Source: a virus
Taxonomy: Duplodnaviria > Heunggongvirae > Uroviricota > Caudoviricetes
Strand: one strand, 5' to 3'
IMG/VR virus record: IMGVR_UViG_2698536301_000009
DNA: 8,475 nt
Shown: positions 1 through 8,475 of the stretch, piece by piece
Position numbering within the stretch: position 1 is the first letter of the stretch
How the letters are laid out: every line of letters begins with the position of its first letter
Program-made: the position numbers and the translations under genes
Notes under the pieces: generated by a model
The model's input: the letters and a program-made list of their open reading frames with translations, nothing else
Databases searched by the model: none
Told to the model about the DNA's origin: nothing

Positions 1-846
1 CCTCCTGAGAGACGGGATTTACGCGCATCCAGTGCATCACGCATGACGGTGATCGCATCGGTGCTGTTAACAAGTTCATCAGCCAGTCCGGCATCAATGG
101 CCTCCTGACCGCTGTACACTGCAGCCTCGGTATCCAGCACAGCCTGCACAGACAGGCCGGTATATGCCGACACCTTCTGCGCAAACATCTGGCGGGTTGC
201 GTCCATCCGGGACTGCAGTGTCTCCCGGACGTCATCCGGAAGATGGCTGTAGGGATTGCCATCCACCTTATGGCTGCCGCTGTAAATCAGCGTGATTTCC
301 ACACCCTGTTTCTCCAGGGCAGCACCGTAATTACTGTGAGCCATCATGACGCCGATGGAGCCTGTCCGGGCGGTCTGCGTGACCAGACGCCGGGAGGCGG
401 CACTGGCAAGCAGCTGACCTGCACTAATGATGTCAGCGCAGTCAAATGCCCCCGCCACCATTCCGCCTGGCGTGTCCATATCGAGCAGAATGCCGTCCAC
501 CATCGGGTCGCTGGCAGCCTGTTGCAGACGGGCGATAATGCCGTTGTAACCGGTCATCCCCGAGTACGGCTGCAGCGCCCGCGTCCGGCTGACCAGCGTG
601 CCGGACACCGGCAGCACGGCGATGCCGTTCATGACCTGATAACTGCGGGCCTGTCGTGGTCCGTCATCATCACCGAATAATGCCAGCGTCGCGAGTGCCT
701 CCTGGGCAGTCAGGCTGTCGCCGGACACCGCATCCGTCAGGCGGCTGATCCCAAGCTGGCCTGCAAGCGCACAAAAGAAAACCCGCGCATAGGCGGGTTC
801 AAGCATCAGCGGCTCATTAAAAGCCATGCTGGCAATATGCGGGAGA

Positions 847-866
<20 letters not shown>
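1..866 (-). CDS. C: Head protease / minor capsid protein C (lambda gpC-like), 5' portion only; the gene runs off the window start
   Basis: Minus-strand translation from GTG at 866 gives MTAELRNLPHIASMAFNEPLMLEP... and the window start reads ...VLDTEAAVYSGQEAIDAGLADELVNSTDAITVMRDALDARKSRLSGG, matching lambda gpC as I recall it. Start overlaps the 3' end of B by 20 nt, as in lambda. Not in the ORF track because no stop lies within the window. In-frame internal ATGs at 206 and 188 could mark the nested scaffold Nu3 start, but this is not resolved. Confidence 0.85.
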
Positions 867-4549
<3,683 letters not shown>

Positions 4550-5190
4550 TCTGACAGGTGCCTCTCACTTTGGGCGTGGAGCCACGGATGGACTTTGGCC
4601 AGACCGAGCCTTCAATACGTTTGTCGCCAAGGAACGTCGGAGAGCCTTCCTGTTCAATATCCTCATCAAAGGCAGCAAGTTCATCATAACCCGCCACATC
4701 CACTGACTTTTCACGGTAGTTTTTTGCCGCTTTACCGCCCAGGCACCAGAAGCCACGACCATTGGAAAAACGCTTCATAGTGAGCGTGTTATCCCGGTGC
4801 TTTTTGCCATACCACGGAGCCAGCGCCAGCAGCGACGGAATATCGCGGATGGTCGGCTCAACGTGGGTTTTCATAAAGTTCTCGGCATCACCATCCGTCG
4901 GCAACCAGATAAGGGTGTTGCGCTGCTTATGCTCTATAAAGTAGGCATAAACACCCAGCAGCATTTTGGAATAACCGACACGGGCAGACTTCACCACATT
5001 CACCTCACGGATGTAGTCGCTGCCCATCGCATTCATGATGGCCCGCTGAAAGGGCAGTGTTTCCCAGCGCCCTTCCTGGTATGCGGATTCTTTCGGGAGA
5101 TAGTAATTAGCATCCGCCCATTCAACGGCGGTCTGTGGCTCCGGCCTGAACAGTGAGCGAAGCCCGGCGCGGACAAAATGCCGCAGCCTG

Positions 5191-5736
5191 TTAACCTGAC
5201 TGTTCGATATATTCACTCAGCAACCCCGGTATCAGTTCATCCAGCGCGGCTGCTTTGTTCATGGCTTTGATGATATCCCGTTTCAGGAAATCAACATGTC
5301 GGTTTTCCAGTTCCGGAAAACGCCGCTGCACCGACAGGGGGATCCCGTCGAGAATACTGGCAATTTCACCTGCGATCCGCGACAACACGAAAGTACAGAA
5401 TGCGGTTTCCACCACTTCAGCGGAGTCTCTGGCATTCTTCAGTTCCTGTGCGTCGGCCTGCGCACGCGTAAGTCGATGGCGTTCGTACTCAATAGTCCCT
5501 GGCTGGAGATCTGCCTCGCTGGCCTGCCGCAGTTCTTCAACCTCCCGGCGCAGCTTTTCGTTCTCAATTTCAGCATCCCTTTCGGCATACCATTTTATGA
5601 CGGCGGCAGAGTCATAAAGCACCTCATTACCCTTGCCACCGCCTCGCAGAACGGGCATTCCCTGTTCCTGCCAGTTCTGAATGGTACGGATACTCGCACC
5701 GAAAATGTCAGCCAGCTGCTTTTTGTTGACTTCCAT
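5191..5736 (-). CDS. Nu1: Terminase small subunit (lambda gpNu1)
   Basis: 181-aa ORF MEVNKKQLADIFGASIRTIQNWQEQGMPVLRGGGKGNEVLYDSAAVIKWYAERD..., matching lambda gpNu1 in length and sequence by recall, including the N-terminal winged-HTH region. Its 3' end overlaps the A start by 26 nt, as in lambda. Confidence 0.93.
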   Translation of the reverse strand: MEVNKKQLADIFGASIRTIQNWQEQGMPVLRGGGKGNEVLYDSAAVIKWYAERDAEIENEKLRREVEELRQASEADLQPGTIEYERHRLTRAQADAQELKNARDSAEVVETAFCTFVLSRIAGEIASILDGIPLSVQRRFPELENRHVDFLKRDIIKAMNKAAALDELIPGLLSEYIEQSG

Positions 5737-5757
5737 TGTTCATTCCACGGACAAAAA

Positions 5758-5875
5758 CAGAGAAAGGAAACGACAGAGGCCAAAAAGCTCGCTTTCAGCA
5801 CCTGTCGTTTCCTTTCTTTTCAGGGGGTATTTTAAATAAAAACATTAAGTTACGACGAAGAAGAACGGAAACACC
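5758..5875 (-). promoter_or_regulatory. cosB: gpNu1-binding R elements (R1 about 5761-5779, R2 about 5801-5820, R3 about 5857-5875) with an AT-rich IHF-type bend site (about 5828-5850) between R3 and R2
   Basis: gaaaggaaacgacag at 5763-5777 is a perfect 15-bp inverted repeat of ctgtcgtttcctttc at 5802-5816; a third related copy gaacggaaacacc lies in 5857-5875. The order relative to cosN and Nu1 is the lambda cosB arrangement by recall. Confidence 0.75.
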
Positions 5876-5913
5876 TTAAACCGGAAAATTTTCATAAATA
5901 GCGAAAACCCGCG

Positions 5914-5925
5914 AGGTCGCCGCCC
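5914..5925. other. cosN: the 12-nt cohesive-end sequence (aggtcgccgccc on the plus strand = reverse complement of lambda GGGCGGCGACCT)
   Basis: Exact match to the lambda cohesive end as recalled, flanked on the right by cgtaacctgtcg (lambda right-end terminus) and on the left by cccgcgaggt... (lambda left end). The sequence is continuous across cos. Confidence 0.85.
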
Positions 5926-5960
5926 CGTAACCTGTCGGATCGCCGGAAAGGACCCGCAAA

Positions 5961-5977
5961 ATGATAATAATTATCAT
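5961..5977. repeat. Short palindrome atgataa-taa-ttatcat in the cosQ-proximal region
   Basis: 7-bp perfect inverted arms with a 3-nt spacer, read directly from the sequence, about 36-52 bp from cosN on the right-end side. I could not place cosQ exactly from memory. Confidence 0.4.
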
Positions 5978-6124
5978 CTGCATGTCACAACGTGCATCTA
6001 CGCCATCAAACCACGTCAAATAATCAATTATGACGCAGGTATCATATTAATTGATCTGCATCAACTTAACGTAAAAACAACTTCAGACAATACAAATCAG
6101 CGACACTAAATACGGGACAACCTC

Positions 6125-6358
6125 ATGTCAACGAAGAACAGAACCCGCAGAACAACAATCCGCAACATCCGCTTTCCTAACCAAATGATTGAACAAATTA
6201 ACATCGCTCTTGATCAAAAAGGGTACGGGAATTTCTCAGCCTGGGTCATTGAAGCCTGCCGCCGGAGACTGTGCTCAGAAAAAAGAGTTTCTCCTGAAGC
6301 AAACAAAGAAAAGAGTGACATTACTGAATTGCTCAGAAAACAGATCAGACCAGATTGA
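6125..6358 (+). CDS. Small basic hypothetical protein, possibly a ribbon-helix-helix DNA-binding protein; cos-proximal accessory ORF
   Basis: 77-aa ORF MSTKNRTRRTTIRNIRFPNQMIEQINIALDQKGYGNFSAWVIEACRRRL... Arg/Lys-rich N-terminus, then a short strand-like IRNIRF followed by two helix-like segments, an RHH-like layout. Family membership is my inference. Weak GGGA ribosome-binding site 8 nt upstream. Local sequence is AT-rich compared with the head genes. Confidence 0.55.
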   Translation: MSTKNRTRRTTIRNIRFPNQMIEQINIALDQKGYGNFSAWVIEACRRRLCSEKRVSPEANKEKSDITELLRKQIRPD

Positions 6359-6414
6359 AGCAATTTAGATAATCGTGCAGACTACGCCCCTCATATCACA
6401 TGGAAGGTACTACA

Positions 6415-6825
6415 ATGGCTCAGGTTGCCATTTTTAAACAAATATTCGATAAAGTGCGAAATAATTTAAACTATCACTGGTTTTATTCTGAACTAAAACG
6501 TCACAATGTCTCACATTACATTTACTATTTAGCTACAGAGAATATTCATCTTGTTCTTGAAAACGATAATACGGTTTTAATAAAAGGACAGGGTAAGGTT
6601 GTAAATGTAAGATTTTCAAAAAATAAATGCCTTATAGAAGCCACCTTAAAAGGATTCAAATCAGGAGAGTTATCATTTTACGAATACAGGAAAAATCTTG
6701 CTACAGCAGGGGTTTTCAGATGGATTACAAATATCCACGAAAACAAAAGGTATTACTATACCTTTGATAATTCATTACTCTTTACTGAGAACATTCAGAA
6801 CACTACACAAATATTTCCGCACTAA
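6415..6825 (+). CDS. Hypothetical protein, possibly YbcV/DUF1398-like (the lambdoid 'putative envelope protein' family)
   Basis: Track ORF is 6400..6825 (141 aa). The second ATG at 6415 follows a GGAAGG Shine-Dalgarno-like motif (6402-6407) with 7-nt spacing and gives a 136-aa product [18 protein letters not shown]... The family assignment is from memory of similar prophage proteins and is unverified. AT-rich codon usage. Confidence 0.6.
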   Translation: MAQVAIFKQIFDKVRNNLNYHWFYSELKRHNVSHYIYYLATENIHLVLENDNTVLIKGQGKVVNVRFSKNKCLIEATLKGFKSGELSFYEYRKNLATAGVFRWITNIHENKRYYYTFDNSLLFTENIQNTTQIFPH

Positions 6826-7081
6826 ATCATAACGTCCGGTTTCTTCCGTGCCAGAACCGGACTCGCTGGCATGATGAAATATGTGTACCCGGTAACCCCG
6901 GTGTGCATCGTTTTTGATTATTCCCGCACACTCGCGCAGAAGGAGTTCCCCGTCGGGCTACGGTCTCTGTTAATACGGGAATACGGCGACGATACAGCGC
7001 ATGATGTGTCAGGCTTGAATACCTTTATCCTTTAAAAGGGATATCAGTTAAGTTATCCCGTGTAGGGTATAAACCATTATC

Positions 7082-7108
7082 AAAGCCACTCTGTAGGAAG
7101 TGGCTTTT
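7082..7108 (+). terminator. Candidate rho-independent terminator for the plus-strand accessory ORFs
   Basis: aaagccact (7082-7090) pairs with agtggcttt (7099-7107) around an 8-nt loop ctgtagga, followed by a T; 9-bp stem with a short T tract. It sits between the convergent plus-strand ORFs and the minus-strand lysis genes. Confidence 0.35.
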
Positions 7109-7316
7109 GTAATGGCAATAAAAAGCCCCGCGAATGCGAGGCTAAATCCTGGTATTTGTAATGACTGGCTCTTATCTCAACGCAGCCCCTTACCGCGCGC
7201 AAAATGCTCAATATCAAGCATCAGCAATGAGATGTTTAATCTGGATTCACTCCAGAAGTGAGCACCACCCTGTCTACAGAGCCAGATGTGAAGGATGATG
7301 AGTAAAATTATCGCTA

Positions 7317-7784
7317 TCATCGAAGGCATTGCGTCCTGATGTATTCCTGAAGCGTTCTCAGTGCTGTTTGGTCGCGGATAATTCCGTCCCGGACACCGAG
7401 AACGTTTCGTCCAGCAACTGGAGAGAGTTCGACGGTGGCATCATTGCCCATGCCGGAGGCGCTGGAGGTTTCGGCTGAGGATGGCACAGGGCATTTTCCT
7501 TTGACGAACACCCGACCACCATTATCAAGCTTGCGCCGAAGAGCATCATTTTCAGCTTTCGCATCAGCTAACTCCTTCGTGTATTTATCATCGAGTGCAT
7601 CAGCATCACGCTGGCGCTGCTGCATGTCAGTAATGGTGGCGTTCGCCTTCTCCAGTTCACTGGCCTTGTTATCGCGCTGTTCTTTGTAGGCGATTGCATT
7701 ATCACGGTAATGATTAACAGCCCATGACAGGCAGACGATGATGCAGATAACCAGAGCGGAGATAATCGCGGTTACCCTGCTCAT
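7317..7784 (-). CDS. Rz: Spanin, inner-membrane subunit (Rz-like, i-spanin)
   Basis: Track ORF 7317..7796; the likely start is ATG at 7784 ([31 protein letters not shown]...), which overlaps the R stop (ATGA). N-terminal transmembrane segment then a coiled-coil-like charged region, related to lambda Rz by recall. Confidence 0.9.
   Translation of the reverse strand: MSRVTAIISALVICIIVCLSWAVNHYRDNAIAYKEQRDNKASELEKANATITDMQQRQRDADALDDKYTKELADAKAENDALRRKLDNGGRVFVKGKCPVPSSAETSSASGMGNDATVELSPVAGRNVLGVRDGIIRDQTALRTLQEYIRTQCLR
7358..7564 (-). CDS. Rz1: Spanin, outer-membrane lipoprotein subunit (Rz1-like, o-spanin), embedded in the +1 frame of Rz
   Basis: 68-aa [24 protein letters not shown]... with a signal peptide and lipobox (VVGC) followed by a proline-rich stretch [11 protein letters not shown]. 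Lies wholly inside Rz in a different frame (7784-7564 = 220, not a multiple of 3), the classic Rz/Rz1 arrangement. Confidence 0.8.
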   Translation of the reverse strand: MRKLKMMLFGASLIMVVGCSSKENALCHPQPKPPAPPAWAMMPPSNSLQLLDETFSVSGTELSATKQH

Positions 7785-8278
7785 TGTTGCCCCCACAAAC
7801 AGACCTCACGCTCAATCTCACGACGAGTCATCAGGCCTTTCCATTGCTTACCGCCAGCGTATGCCCAGCGACGTAGCTGGTCACATGCGCCCTTGATATC
7901 GCCCTGGTTTATTTTGCGAAGAAGAGTAGATGTTCTGAAATTGCCTGCGCCCACGTTATAGACGAACGAGTAAAGAGCGCCGCGCGTTGTTTCCGGTATA
8001 TCGACTTTGATGTACGGGTTAATTTGTCTGGCTACCGTGGCAAGGTCTTTATTCAGGAGGGCTTTGCATTCTGCTTCGGTATACGTTTTACCGGGAATGA
8101 TGTCTTTTCCTGTATGCCCGTGACATACAGTCCATACGCCAACGATATCTTTGTATGGTATGTAGCTGACACCTTCCAGACCATCGTTACCACTTGGGCC
8201 AGTGATTAACACTGATGCTATAGCAATTGCTCCGCCACCAATAGCAGCAGCAACGGCTTTTCGTAATGATGGAGGCAT
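7781..8278 (-). CDS. R: SAR endolysin (phage 21 R-type, T4-lysozyme fold / GH24 muramidase)
   Basis: 165-aa [57 protein letters not shown]... The Gly/Ala-rich weakly hydrophobic N-terminal segment (about residues 8-27) fits a signal-anchor-release domain; E35, D44 and T50 sit in the catalytic-triad positions of R21-type lysozymes. Near-identical to phage 21 R as I recall it. Confidence 0.93.
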   Translation of the reverse strand: MPPSLRKAVAAAIGGGAIAIASVLITGPSGNDGLEGVSYIPYKDIVGVWTVCHGHTGKDIIPGKTYTEAECKALLNKDLATVARQINPYIKVDIPETTRGALYSFVYNVGAGNFRTSTLLRKINQGDIKGACDQLRRWAYAGGKQWKGLMTRREIEREVCLWGQQ

Positions 8279-8475
8279 TATTCACCTCTCGCAGCCTTGC
8301 GCTTATCTTCTTTAATCTTGAAATAAAGGTTTGTCAGGTACGTCAGCAGGCCAAATACCAAGCTACCCAGCACACCTATTGCTGCCCACTGTGAGGGCGT
8401 GACTTTATCGTAAGCGTAAACTGACCGCCGTATGTAGCCATCAGACGAGAATTGGTAACTTAGACGCCCATCTGA
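8278..8475 (-). CDS. S: Holin-like protein, 3' portion only (C-terminal transmembrane helix plus charged tail resembling a phage 21 S pinholin); start lies beyond the window end
   Basis: The frame is open to the window edge; 65 codons read [65 protein letters not shown]. The stop TAA overlaps the R start (TAATG). The C-terminal helix and [13 protein letters not shown] tail resemble S21 by recall; the N-proximal visible part does not (see findings). Confidence 0.65.

Noticed and set aside
243-680. 145-aa plus-strand ORF
   Set aside because: Lies antisense to the well-supported gpC coding region; no recognisable protein features. Treated as a spurious ORF of the GC-rich opposite strand.
5255-5835. 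Plus-strand ORFs 5255..5617 and 5296..5835 (120 and 179 aa)
   Set aside because: Antisense to Nu1 and running across cosB; low-complexity products. Nu1 on the minus strand is the supported gene.
5980-6124. Sigma70 promoter for the plus-strand accessory ORFs
   Set aside because: Candidate hexamers (ttgatc at 6051-6056 with taaaaa at 6072-6077, spacer 15) are poor matches with suboptimal spacing. A promoter probably exists somewhere here but I cannot place it from sequence alone.
6871-7035. 54-aa plus-strand ORF (MMKYVYPVTPVCIVFDYSRTLAQKEF...) in the gap where lambda has bor
   Set aside because: No Shine-Dalgarno motif upstream, no signal peptide or lipobox (so not a Bor-like lipoprotein), and it is below the size at which I can separate it from chance. 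Kept only as a note.
6826-7316. Search for a tRNA gene or a bor-like lipoprotein between the YbcV-like ORF and Rz
   Set aside because: No GTTCRANYC-type T-loop motif with a matching acceptor stem and CCA context was found, and no ORF begins with a signal peptide and lipobox. The region appears non-coding.
7435-8209. Plus-strand ORFs 7435..7689 and 8024..8209
   Set aside because: Antisense to Rz and R respectively; Ser/Ala-rich products with no start signals.

Overview
This window is the cos-spanning segment of a lambda-like (lambdoid) phage or prophage of an enterobacterial host, read here as the reverse complement of the usual lambda map. From right to left on the minus strand: a partial holin-like gene, a phage-21-type SAR endolysin (R), Rz with embedded Rz1, then a ~490 bp gap where lambda carries bor, an AT-rich accessory block with two small plus-strand ORFs, the cos site (cosN with the R3-IHF-R2-R1 cosB array), and the lambda-type packaging and head genes Nu1, A (terminase large subunit), W, B (portal) and the 5' two-thirds of C. 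Protein assignments rest on recall of lambda and phage 21 sequences, not on a search. The main anomaly is a 643-bp near-identical tandem duplication inside the terminase large-subunit gene; 643 is not a multiple of 3, so the gene is split into two out-of-frame pieces. The two copies differ at about 14 bases but by only one amino acid, which points to two functional alleles joined by recombination or by a chimeric assembly. Other points of interest are the mosaic of lambda-type head genes with a 21-type lysis cassette, a holin whose visible N-proximal part lacks a transmembrane segment, and the absence of bor. No tRNA, CRISPR array or IS element was seen.
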